A DNA stretch of 64,000 nt from Convolutriloba macropyga (taxonomy: Eukaryota): contig NC_134471.1 of assembly GCF_964194025.1 (NCBI RefSeq), positions 24,800,001 to 24,864,000 of the forward strand. The letters are read 5' to 3'. This document shows, one piece after another, positions 48,805 to 61,206 of this stretch. Position numbers and translations under genes: made by a program. The stretch's first letter is position 1. The number at the start of each line of letters is the position of its first letter. A model generated the notes under the pieces. That model saw nothing but the letters and a program-made list of their open reading frames with translations, ran no database searches and was not told the DNA's origin.

Positions 48805-51800
48805 AAGCAACACTGAAAGCTATCGAGCATTCCTAAGAAAACCTAACATCAAATAAGCACCAGACAGAAAATTTAAAATGGATAAAACTTTGAGCTAATG
48901 TCTCGTTTGTTAAACATTTATACCAAAAAAATGTGCAAGAATGAAACTTTATTGATTTTCCAGAAAGAAAATCAAATAAATTTCCCAAAAAGATTGGTGT
49001 TGAAATTGCGCTATCGAAATATTTCATTTGATCTTCAGATCTTGCGAAAAATCCATTGAAAAAGATAAACTAGAGATTTACCTTCCAAACGTATTGAAAT
49101 CCAAAAAATAAATTGAGACAAAAACAAAAACTGAAAGTATCAAAAATAAAAATTGTTTTCACAGTTTTTTTTTTAATTTTTCAAAACCAATCATTTATTT
49201 TGCTAAACCAATTCAAGTACGTCAACTGCAATCAATTAACAACATTATAAGAATTTTCGTGCCATAAAAACTTCGGATCCTTTACATACTTAAACACCAG
49301 TGTCAGGTCAGCCAGCTTTCTGCGTAATTACTTTGAGAATTCACATTCATAAAATTTTGCGTTGTCATCTTTCAGTTGTTCTCACATTTTTTCTGCTTCC
49401 AAAAAATTGGCAAAAGTGAAGTCTAAGCGCTTATCTGCTATCAAACCTAAGTAATTATGTTGACTGAAAGTATTAACACAAATCGTCACAATGTGCTTTG
49501 TTGTTTTTTTCTGGACAGCTCGATTCAACTCTGGGAAGTTTTCTGAAGATTGCTTCTAAGAATTCAAAAATGACTTTGTAAACTTAGAAGGACTTATCTC
49601 TAGTCTTTTATGGTTTTGATGTTTTCAACTAAAAATACATAACGTAACTTGGCTGTGATTATTAATACAAGAACCCTCTAAACGATTTTTCAGTAGTTCA
49701 ATTCGAGTAGAAAGTGCTGTGGCACCAATACTCGAAATGTTTTCAACCTAAAACAGTCCATTCCTAATGATTTCTTTTCACTTTGGTACAAAATAGTTTT
49801 CACGAGATTTCAGTCAGAGTTCTTGTGTTTTTTTAAAACTTAATTTTACTTTCATTATTATCAAGTATTTCTAACACCGAATGTAACAATAAAATGGTTG
49901 CGCTTTTTGATTTTTTAATTTTCATCTTTTTGACTGTTAATAAAGGTTTTCTCAAGTTTTCAGGTGTGTTGTGATGTTAAGCAAAAAGTTGATGGTTGAG
50001 AAGGTCCTGAGAAACTAACAAACTTCAGGAAAACAAAGGTCACTTTCTCTGTTTTTTGGACCAAATTTTCATTGAAAAATATTGACTATCGTTGTTTTAC
50101 CTTTGGTACTTAGTAATCAAAAAAATTTTGTCTATTGGCTTAATTGAGCAATCAATTATGTAATTTTTCTGGTTTTGCTTTTTCGTTACAATAGTCTGTA
50201 TTTAGCGTACAAGAATCGTTAAAAATTAGTTTGTTATCTTTAATTTGCTTCGCTATTTAAGTATCTTTTTATTGATTTAAAGAGGTTTTATTAGCATTTT
50301 GAACATGGTGTATTATTTTTCGTTTTGCTTGTGCTTACTTTTTTGTTTGCTGTTAAACTCTCTTTATCTCAAGCTGATATTTTCTCCTTTAAATTTTTTT
50401 CAGTTCATACAAATCTCTATAATTTGGACTACATTAAAGTCTTTACCATGTTATGCATTCAATATGTCGTCTCCAACTGCTTTAGTCTGTAACCAAACAA
50501 GCAACACTGAAAACTCACAAGCATTCCTAAGCAGACCAAAAAGCCAAAGAAGCAACATACAAAAAATTAAAATTGAAGAAATTTGGAGCTAATGTCTCTT
50601 TTGCTCAACATTTATACTAAACAAAATATGCAGCATGAAACTTTCCTTGATTTTTCAGAAAATGCCAAATGAAATTCCAAAAATATTGATTTTGAAATTG
50701 CCCTATCGAAACTTTTCATTTGATCTTCAGATCTTAGGAATTATCCATTTGAAACAAGTCAACTAGATGTTTACTATCCAAACGTATTGAAATCTAAAAA
50801 CGCGACGAGACGGAAAAACTGAAAGTTTTAAAATTCAAAATTGTTTTCACAGTTTTCTTTTCTAATTTTTTCAAAACCGATAATTTATTTTGCTAAACCA
50901 AGACAAGTACGTCACTTCCAACCAACTCAAAACATTATTGCTAATTTCTTGCCAAAAAAACTTCGGATTCTTTGCATACTTAAACACCAGTATAAGGTCA
51001 ACCAGCAATCTCCGTACATATACTGAGATTTTATATTCATAAAATTTTGCTTTGTTATCTTTCAGTTGTTTTCCCATATTTTTTGCTCCTTCCAATTTGG
51101 GGAAAGTGAAGTCTAACCGGTTATCTGTTATCAAACCTAAGTAATTATGTTGATAAAATTATAATACAATTCGTCACAACGAGCTTTGTTGTTTGTTCTG
51201 GACAGCTTGATTCAACAACTCTGGGATGCTTTTCTGAAGATTGCTTCTCAGAATTCCAAAATGACTTTGTAAACTTAGAACAACATATCTCTAGTCTTTT
51301 CATGGTTTTGATGTTTCCAACTAAATATACTTTACGCAAAAAGGCTCTTATTATTTTTACGAGAATTCTCTAAAAGGTTTTTCAGTAGCCCAACAAGTTC
51401 AATTTGAGTGGAAAGTGCTGTGCCCACCAAAACTCCAAATTCTTTTCAACCTAGAATAGTCCATTAGGATTTTATTTTCACGTTCGTGCATAATAGTTTT
51501 CACATGATTTCAGTCAGAGTTCTTGTGGGTTTTTTTGAAAACTGAAATTTCATGTTCATCATTATCAAGTATTTCTAACACCGAATGTAACAATAAAATG
51601 GTTGCGCTTTTTGATTTTTTTTATTTTCATCTTTTTGACTGTTAATAAAGGTTTTCTCAACTTTTCAGGTGTCTTATGATGTTAAGCTAAAAGTTGATTG
51701 TTGAGATCGTCCTGAAAGAACTCAAACTAACAAATTTCAGGAAAACTATTGTCAGTTTCCTTGTTTTTTGATCCAAATTTTCTTTGAAAAATATTGATTG

Positions 51801-52134
51801 TTGTTTTACTTTTGGTACTTAGTAATCAAAAAAACTTTTGTCTATTGGTATAATTGAGGATTCAATTATGTAATTCTTTTGGTTTTGTTTCTTAAATTTT
51901 TCGTTTCAATGGTCTGTCTTCAGCTTTATAAGATAAATAAAAGATATTCTAGCCTTTTGAACATGGTTAATTATGTATTGTTTTGTTTATGCTTACTTTT
52001 GTGGTTTTCTGTTAAATTCTTTTTGTTTGGAGCTGATATTTTCTACTTTAATTTTTTATATTTATATTTCATACAAATCTCTAAAATTTGGACTACATTA
52101 AAGTTCTTGATATGCTTTTAATACGTCGTCTCCA
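48805..52134. repeat. ~1.7-kb diverged tandem duplication (~48805-50475 and ~50500-52134) of unidentified sequence with decayed minus-strand coding traces
   Basis: AAGCAACACTGAAA...GCATTCCTAAG at ~48805 and ~50500; shared end TTTGGACTACATTAAAGT...GTCGTCTCCA at ~50473 and ~52134. Confidence 0.85.
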
Positions 52135-52555
52135 TCGGTTATTCTTGCGACCATCATGTGACTTTTAATTTCATAAATAACTTCCCCCAATCAGTAGCTG
52201 ATCTGATGTAAGTAACGCCATTTTTCGCTCTATCTGGGAGAAAATATTTGATCATTAGCGTCATTAGTTCTCAATGACAGCTAACTTATTGTTCCGACCC
52301 AGTTCAGATGGGTTAGGAAAAATAAATATACTGAAACGGGTTTTTTTGTTCAGTCAATTTTAGCCGATCAATACATTCATCGTACAGGTTTATGGGTGTT
52401 ATCATTAAAAGGCCCGTTCAGCGTCGAATATAAAATTAAAATGATTTTTTTAAAATTCCTTGCATTCGTTGAGCGTGCTCTTGAATTAAAATTTTGCCGG
52501 TTTTTTGCTATTTTATGTCGATTGTTATGCGAAAAGCATCGTTTATTTTTGGTAT

Positions 52556-55500
52556 TATCGTACACAAACAATATTGGGTACTTGATTCGCGATCCAAATC
52601 ACTGTTAGATTTTCCGTTAAGCTATCTTGTCCGGTGAGTGCACTTAATACAATTTTGTATTTGAATTGGCTTAGCAAATCGTCTTTGTTTCATTTATCTG
52701 CTTTTTAGGTAAGTAAATACGGTTATCAGGAAATAAGTTAAATTGGGCAACTGATCGCGAGATGCAAAATGATAAGAGTGAAACTAGTTACAAACTGGAT
52801 ACACAAAAATCAAAACACATATGAGCAATAATTTCTCGATGCGAGAAACAGGGTAACAGACTAACACATGAAAAGATATAGAGCATTCTATGAAATTAAC
52901 ATGTCTTTTATAACATGTCCTTCAGGATCAAGTACAATCAATAAATAAGTACATCATATAGTAAATTTACTGCACTAGATTAAATGATTATTCACAACAC
53001 TTCTCCCCTTTTAACAGAACTAAAAGCTGCACAAATTGGAAAATTTTTAATAACAATATTGAGTATATGCTTGTATTTATTCAGCGGTTGAAAAATTATC
53101 AACAAAACATTTACTGGTTGTGATAGCTAGTCATAAGTAATAATATATCCAGTTTTAAGAATTTCATGTTTTAATTAAAATTCCTCCTCGTCAATAACTA
53201 ATTCATCAGTAGAGCTCTGATCTGCGGGTCGAATACAAGGATCAGTAAGCGAGACTTCTCCTATGACTGGTGATGATTAAGAATTGTAGATCAGTTTGAC
53301 TTGAGCTGCTGTTGTTGCTATAGTCTGTACAACTGAAAGTTTTACTGATTCGACGTCACCAGCTTGTCTTCTTCAGCGAGGTTGTGTCCAATTTGTTGGG
53401 CAGGATTTGGTCGACTCCCAAGACGAATCATCATTGTCAAAACCAAAAAAATGGTTTTTTCCATGCTCTTTTTGCCAATTTTGGTAATATCTGCTGTAGA
53501 GCCTCCATAGGTGCATAAGTAGAAAGTAGTTGTAATTCTCCATTTCGTTTCGTAGGTGGCGCTGCAAATAGCATTTCGGAGCTTTTTGGTGCTGTGATAA
53601 TCGAATCTGTTATGGCTGTCATTTGGGGCACGAAAGTTGAGGCGGTTTCTGTATTGGCCTCAGCCAAAGCGAAATTTGATGGAATCTTTGGCATCCTTAC
53701 TCGCATTGCACGAGCAGTTTTTGAGCGGTTTGAAGAAATTCCATTCGCTGTATTCCTCTTGCAGTGATTAATTTTACGATCACCCTTTTGAATTCTCGTA
53801 AACTCCTTCGTGTGCCTAAGAATTTTAGCCTCTGACAATTTATCAAAAGTACGTGGTCCCCGTCTGTTTATATATTCCGAGAGCTTCGTTTTGCGCTCGT
53901 CCCGCGTACCAAATTTCGCAATATCGCTATTGCAAATTGTAACATCTTATTTGCCCGGTTCGTGAATCACCGATGTATCTTGGTCCGTTTTCTGAAACAC
54001 AGAACCAGGCGCCAGTACCTCGTATAAGCCATCGAGGCTCTTCTTGGATCGCCTGTTGGGATGGCGTTTTGGAGCAATATTCAAATGAACTGCTGGCTCT
54101 TTAAGATGGATTGACCGATGTTTTTTCGTCGAGCGAAGATAATGAGTTTCATTGTCATTGGCGATCCGTTCACGTGAGAGGGCTTCTTGTGTTGGCTTAC
54201 ATATATTCCGTTCAATTTCCTCGTCGCAGCGGTAGTTACCCCAATGGTCCTCCGGTAGCAGTTCATTTGGGGTTAGAGTTTCTTCGCCTTCGTCAGAAAG
54301 CAAAGTTTGAGTAATTTATATCCCAAAAGCCTCGAACAGATATATCTCTACCAATGAGTGGCTTTAATCCATATTTAACTACCACGAATTCAGCATCTTC
54401 AATCCGCCAACCATTTATCTCCACCGGTGTCTGCATCATTCCAATCATGGGTATGGATTCATTCGCGGAAATTTTGAGCTCTTGAGAACGTACCGTTGTT
54501 GACCATCGCGCAATAGTAGAGTTACTATTGACTTCAGCGGCAAGCGACTCATTTAAAGTGCTGAATACACTCCCGGAATCAATTAGGAGACCTACTTTTG
54601 TAATTCCGATCTGCGAAATTGTGTTTTTGGTTCAATTTGCAAGGTATAACTCGCAATGCTACCATAATGTAATCTGTACTGTCATACTCCGATCCACATT
54701 CTTGGTTATAACTTGTACTTTGGATAGCGTTAACAGACTTTTCAGTTGTATCTTCGTTCAGTGGAATTTAAATTGGGTTGGGATGATTCTGAGGAAGCAA
54801 ATTTTGGTTTGCTGCATACACGAGAGAAATGATTTTGTAGAACAGAGTTTTTGCATGTCTTGCATTTTGCAATACACTTATCCTTGTGAGATGCTGACCA
54901 AGTAAGACCACAGTTTTGACACAGTTGGTTTGTTTGCCGAATTGAGGCTGGAAGATTTTCCCGTTGATTCGGGTTACGAAATGGCCGTTGTGGTGTTATT
55001 GCGTTCACATGCAGGGAAGGTTGATTGCTCAAAAATTGAAATTGATTCCGTTGTACGGGTTCCATACTGATGGCTAAACGTAATGCTTGAGCGGGTTCGA
55101 CAGTTTCTCTTAATAATTCTCTCTGAATTTCAGTGTCCTGCATGTTGGCAATGAAGAGCTCTCTGATTAGAGTATCTTCTTGGTTTCCAAGTTCACAGTT
55201 TTTTTTTTTTTGACAATTCCATTAACTTGCCAAAGAAATGTTTAATTGATTCTCCCTTTGATTGCTTGATGGTGAGAACCATGTACCTGTCAAAAGTGAT
55301 GTTGCGTGGGCAAATGAATGAGTCCTCCGTGATTTTCCAGAGTTCTACAGTCGTCAATGTATCCATTTTGAGATGGAAGTTTCTAGTGCATATATTTTGT
55401 CTCCATTCGGTGCCCCGAATGAGGTATAATCTAGAGACAGTTTTGCATCTATCAGCTTGTATCCATGGTTTATCAGCACACGTGACTCCTATTTCTATTT

Positions 55501-56185
55501 GTTTTTGCCATCGATTCTCCAATTCATTTTAAGCTGTGCGTTTCTAGCTAAACGTTCTCGTTCCGATTGGGCTGAACAGTCAGTGAGTGTACTTTCTTAA
55601 ATCCGCTCTAAAGGAAGTTGAACATTCTCGGGTTTGGGTTCATGTAAAATATTCGATTTGATGTTGTCTTGCGATAGAAGAGCCAATTTTGCCTGCATTC
55701 GCACACTTTTCCCACTATAAAAGGTGAATCTGGGCTGAGTATTTCCCAAAAGGATTCGATGCCAAGTGGAGTCCATTTGGGGGCTGCTAACTCTGCCATG
55801 TCCAACACAAATAATTTTGTGTACTTGATTCGCGATACAAATCACTGTTAGCTTTTCTGTTAAGCTATTTTGTGCGGCGAGTGCACTTTATGCAATTTTG
55901 TATTTGAATTGGCTTAGCGAATCGTCTACGATTCATTTGTCTGCTTTTTAGGTAAGTAAATACGATTATCAAGAAATAAGTTAAATTGGGCAACTGATCG
56001 CGAGATGCAAAACGATAAGAATGAAACTAGTTAAGAAATGGATTCACAAAAGTCACAACAAATGAAAAAAGATTCTATGAACGTTACATGACTTTTATCA
56101 CATGTCCTTCAGGATTAAAACAATCACTAAATAAGCACATCATATAGGAAATTTACTGCACTAGATTAAATGATTATGTACAACA
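52556..56185 (-). mobile_element. Internally deleted Ty3/gypsy LTR retrotransposon (gag, protease, pol C-terminal remnant; RT/RNase H not seen)
   Basis: LTRs 52556-52999 and 55799-56185 (minus strand TGTTG...CA, the left copy degenerate); PPT AAAAGGGGAGAAG next to 53000; PBS-like TGGC(G)CAG after the 5' LTR; flanks GGTAT (52551-55) and GGTGT (56186-90) as a 5-bp TSD with one mismatch; gag LIRELFIANMQDTEIQRELL with Zn-knuckle-like Cys/His; protease LLIDSGS (~54580). Confidence 0.85.
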
Positions 56186-57465
56186 GGTGTCTTGACTTTT
56201 TAAAGTCACATCATCCAATCCATAAAATGACGAACAATCACGTGTTTCTAATTGACCAAGGCCAATTACAAGGTTAGTTTTGGTGTTATCAATGTCTTAA
56301 GAAAGCTTTAAAAAATGAATTGTAATCAGCCGATATTTCTTTTTTTAAAAATTCTTGCATTTTTGCTTTTTTGTATGTTAATTACAGAAAATAACAAGTC
56401 AAACCAAAATTCTAATGACATGTTCAATTTTCCCCTATGGAGTATCAGGAAAACCTATATTTTTTTAAGTCGAAGTATTATGTTTATTTTCCTTTTAAAA
56501 CCACAAAATTTCAAAACGATTAATGGATTTTTGAGGTTTGCGACTGTTTATTTTTTTTATCGTCAACAATTGATGGCCGATAAAGATTAAACCGTTTTTG
56601 TAGTGCATTTGAATTCATTTTTTTAAATGTTTTATGTTTTAAGTAATGATTTTTCTGCTTGGATACTACCAATTTTCAATTTTGTTTTGATTTTTGGACT
56701 TTTCAAGTCTTGTGAGGTTCTTTTTCTTGTCTTGTCACATTGATGACAGTTGAGATATCATATTATTGGCTTTCAAAAGGAGGCATAATCAATCGCATCA
56801 GTTTTTTTACTTAAAAGATTTTGGTTTTAACTACTTCGACACCGTCTTCTAGCAGAATTTATTTGCATTTTTTGTTTTTCTTCATTTTTTTATAATTGCT
56901 TTTCTGGCTTAGTAAAATTTCTGGATAATTGCAGGTCTTAGCGGCTTCCAATGACTAAACAAAAAAATTTATTGCCTGAATTTAGTTGGCAGCTGACATT
57001 TTTATTAAAATTGAAAACAAAAGTTTTAAAAATATACACAGACGAAATTTTATGTGCAATCCTCTGTTCTTTTTTGGTCTACTTAATGCCTAGTCTCATT
57101 AATTACTGGTCGCATATCGAACTATTGGTTTGCACTAAAGGCGAATGCATTGTATATTACTTTAACGGCTCCAACCCCGGTTTTTCGCAAATCAATAAAT
57201 TAACTTTTGAATTTTTATCTTTATTTGTCGTTTTTTTGTAGTCGAATGATATTTTCTGGATCATTACAGGTATTAACGGCTTCCAATGGAAAAACAAAAG
57301 AACCTATTTACTGATCTCATTTGATAGCTTAAGTTGTTTATTGTTTTGGATTCAAATGTTTTAAAATATTCCGACTTAATTTTTTCATAAACTGCGTTTT
57401 CTGTTCTTCTTGGTGTACTTGTTATAAGTGTCATTTTTTAGAGGTCGAATATCAAAATAACAATT

Positions 57466-59324
57466 ATATCCCTAGAGCCTCGAACAGATCTCTCTCTACC
57501 AATGAGTGGCTTTAATCCATATTTAACTACCACGAATTCAGCATCTTCAATTCGCCAACCATTTATATCCAACGATGTCTGCATCATTCCAATGATGGGT
57601 ATGGGTTCATTCGCAAAGTTTTGAGCTCTTGAGAAGGTACCGTTGTTGACCATCACGCAAGAGTAGAGTTACTATTGACTTCAGCGGCAAGTGATTCATT
57701 TAAAGTGCTGAATACACTCCCGGAATCAATGAGGACACCCACTATTGTAATTCCGATCTGCGAAATTGTGCTTTTTGGTTCAATTTACAAGGTATAACTC
57801 GCAATCCCACGATAATGTAATCTGTACTGTCATACTCCGATCCACATTCTTGGTTATAATTTGTATTTTGGATAGCGTTAACAGACTTATCAGTTGTATC
57901 TTCGTCAGTGGAATTTAAATTGGGTCGGGATGATTTGGAGGAAGCAGATTTTGATTTGCTACATACACGAGAGAAAAGATTTTGTAGAACAAAGTTGTTG
58001 CATGTTTTGCATTTTGCAAAAAATTTATCCTTGTGAATTGCTGACCAAGTAAGACCACAGTTTCGACACAGTTGGTTTGTTTGCCGAATTGAGGCTGGAA
58101 GATTTGTTGACTCGGGTTACGAAATAGCCGTTGTGGTGTTATTGCGTTCACATGCAGGGCAGGTTGATTGCTCAAAAATTGTATTTGATTCCGTTGTAAG
58201 AGTTCCATACTGATGGCTAAACGTAATGTTTGAGCGGGTTCGACAGTTTTTCTTAATAATTCTTTCTGAATTTCAGTTTCCTGCATGTTGGCAATAAAGA
58301 GGTCTCTGATTAGAGTCTCTTCTTGGTTTACAAGTTCACAGTTTTTTGACAATTTCATTAACTTGCCAAAGAAATGTTCAATTGATTCTCCCTGTGATCG
58401 CTTGATGGTGAGAACCTTGTACCTGTCAAAAGTAATGTTGCGTGGGCAAATGAATGAGTCCTCCGTGATTTTCCAGAGTTCTACAGTCGTCAATGTATCC
58501 ATATTGAGATGGAAGTTTCTAGTGCATATATTTTGTCTCCATTCGGTGCCCCGAATGAGGTATAACCTAGAGACAGCTTTGCATCCATCAGCTTGTATCC
58601 AAGGTTTATCACCACACGTGACTCCTATTTCTATTTGTTTTTGACACCGATTCTCCCAGTTCATTTTAAGCTGTGCGTTTCTCGCTAAACGTTTTCGTTC
58701 CGATTGGGCAGAACAACCAGTGAGTGTACTTTCGTAAATCGGCTCTAAAAGAAGTTGAACATTCTCGGGTTTGGGTTCAAGTAAAAATTTCGATTTGATG
58801 TTGTCTTACGATAGAAGAGCAAATTTTGCCTGCATTCACACATTTTTCCCACTATAAAAAGTGAATCTGGGCTGAGTATTTCCCAAAAGGATTCGATGCC
58901 AAGTGGAGTCCATTTTGGGGCTGCTAACTGCGCCATGTCGAACACAAATAATTTTGTGTACATGATTCGCGATACAAATCACTGTTAGTTTTTCTGTTAA
59001 GCTATCTTGCCCGCTGAGTGCACCTAATACGATTTTGTATTTGAATTGGCTTAGCGAATCGTCTTTGTTTCATTTGTCTGCTTTTTAGGTAAGTAAATAC
59101 GGTTTTCAAGAAATAAGTTAAATTGGGCAACTGATCGCGAGATGCAAAACGATAATAGTGAAACTAGTTAAGAAACGGATTCAGAGAAGTCACAACACAT
59201 ATGAAAAAAAAATCTATTCACGTTACTTGACTTTTATCACATGTCCTTCAGGATTAATACAATCACTAAATAAGTACACCATATAGGAAATTTACTGCAC
59301 TAGAACAAATGATTATGTACAACA
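57466..59324 (-). mobile_element. Duplicated 5' portion of the same gypsy element (protease, gag, 5' LTR 58936-59324)
   Basis: ORF 57915-58664 is near-identical to the gag at 54742-55522; same PBS-like TGGCGCAG and same right flank GGTGTCTTGAC. Confidence 0.85.
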
Positions 59325-60507
59325 GGTGTCTTGACTTTTTAAAGTCACATCATACATATCCATAAATTGAGGAACAATCACGTGTTCCTAATTGACCAAG
59401 GCCAATTACAAGGTTAGTTTTGGTGTTATCAATGTCTTAAGAAAGCTTTAAAGAATGAATTGTAATCAGTCGATATTTCTTTTTTAAAAACTTTTGCATT
59501 TTTGCTTTTTTGTATGTTAATTACAGAAAATAACAACTCAAACCAAAATTCTAATGACATGTTCAATTTTCCTCCTATGGAGTTTCAGGAAAACTTAAAT
59601 ATTTTTTAAGTCGAAATGTTATGTTTATTTTCCTTTTAAAACCACCAATTTTCAATTTTTTTTTATTTTTGGACTTTTCCAGTCTTTTGAGGTTCTTTTT
59701 CTTGTCTTTTCTCATTGATGACAGTTGAGATATTATATTATTGGCGTTCAAAAGGAGGCATAATCAATCGCATCAGTTTTTTTACTTAAAAGATTATACT
59801 ATTTATACAAAGTTTTAACTATTTCGACACCGTCTTCTAGCAGAAACTGTTTGCACTTTTTGTTTTTCTTAATTTTTTTATAATTACTTTTCTGGCTCAG
59901 TAAAATGTCTGGATAGTTGCAGGTCTTAGCTGCTTCCAATGAAAAAACAAAAAAAATTATTGCCTGATTTTAGTTGGCAGCTGACATTTTTATTAAAACT
60001 GAAAACAAAAGTTTTGAAAATATATACAGACGAATTTTTTGTGTGCAACCCTCTGTACTTTTTTGGTCTACTAAATGCCTAGTCTCATTAATTACTGGTC
60101 GCATATAAAACTACTGGTTTGCACTAAGTGCGCAATGCAATGTATATTACTTTAACGGCTCCAACCCCGGTTTTTCGCAAATCAATAAAATAGTTTTTGA
60201 ATTTTTATCTTTATTTGTCGTTCTTTTTGTCGTCGAATGATAATTTCGGACCATTACAGGTCTTAACGGCTTCTTATGGAAAACAAAAGAACCTATTTAC
60301 GGATTTCATTTGATAGCTTAAGTTTTTTATGACTTTGAAATCAAATGTTTTAAAATATTTAGACTTATTTTTACCATAAACTGCACTTTTCTGTTCTTCT
60401 TGGTGTACTTGTTACTAGTGTCAATTATTACAGGTCGAATGTCAAAATAACATGTCTTTGGAATTTTTATGTTTCTCGTATGAATTTGTCTATTGTTTAT
60501 GTATTAA

Positions 60508-61206
60508 CTATTTCTATTTGTTTTTGACACCGATTCTCCCAGTTCATTTTAAGCTGTGTTTTTCTAGCTAAACGTTTTCGTTCCGATTGGGCAGAACAAC
60601 CAGTGAGTGTACTTTCGTAAATCGGCTATAAAGGAAGTTGAACATTCTCGGGTTTGGGTTCAAGTAAAATTTTTGATTTGATAATGTCTTGTGATAGAAT
60701 AGCCAATTTTGCCTGCATTCCCACATTTTTCCCACTAAAAAAGGTGAATCTGGGCTGAGTTTTTCCCAAAAGCTTTCGATGCCAAGTGGAGTCCATTTTG
60801 GGTCTGCTGAATGCGCCATGTCGAACACAAATAATTTTATGTACTTGATTCGCGATACAAATCACTGTTACTTTTTCTGTTAAGCAATTTTGTGCGGCGA
60901 GTGCACTTTATTCAGTTTTGTATTTTAATTGGCTTAAAGAATCGTCTATGTTTTATTTGTTTGCTTTTTAGGTAAGTAAATACGATTATCAAGAAGTAAG
61001 TTAAATTGGGCAACTGATCGCGAGATGCAAAACGATAAGAGTGAAACTAGTTGAGAAATGGATTCACAAAAGTCACAACACATATGAAAAAAATTCTATG
61101 AACGTTACATGACTTTTATCACATGTCCTTCAGGATTAATACAATCACTAAATAAGTACATCATATAGGAAATTTTTTACACTAGAAAAAATGATTAAGT
61201 ACAACA
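60508..61206 (-). mobile_element. Third copy: gag 5' end and LTR (60819-61206)
   Basis: Same LTR, same leader peptide (PKWTPLGIESFWE) and same right flank as the other two copies. Confidence 0.85.

Noticed and set aside
56951-57241. MTKQKNLLPEF ORF repeated at 61982
   Set aside because: Part of the triplicated flank; the middle copy (~59940) is disrupted and no domain is recognisable.
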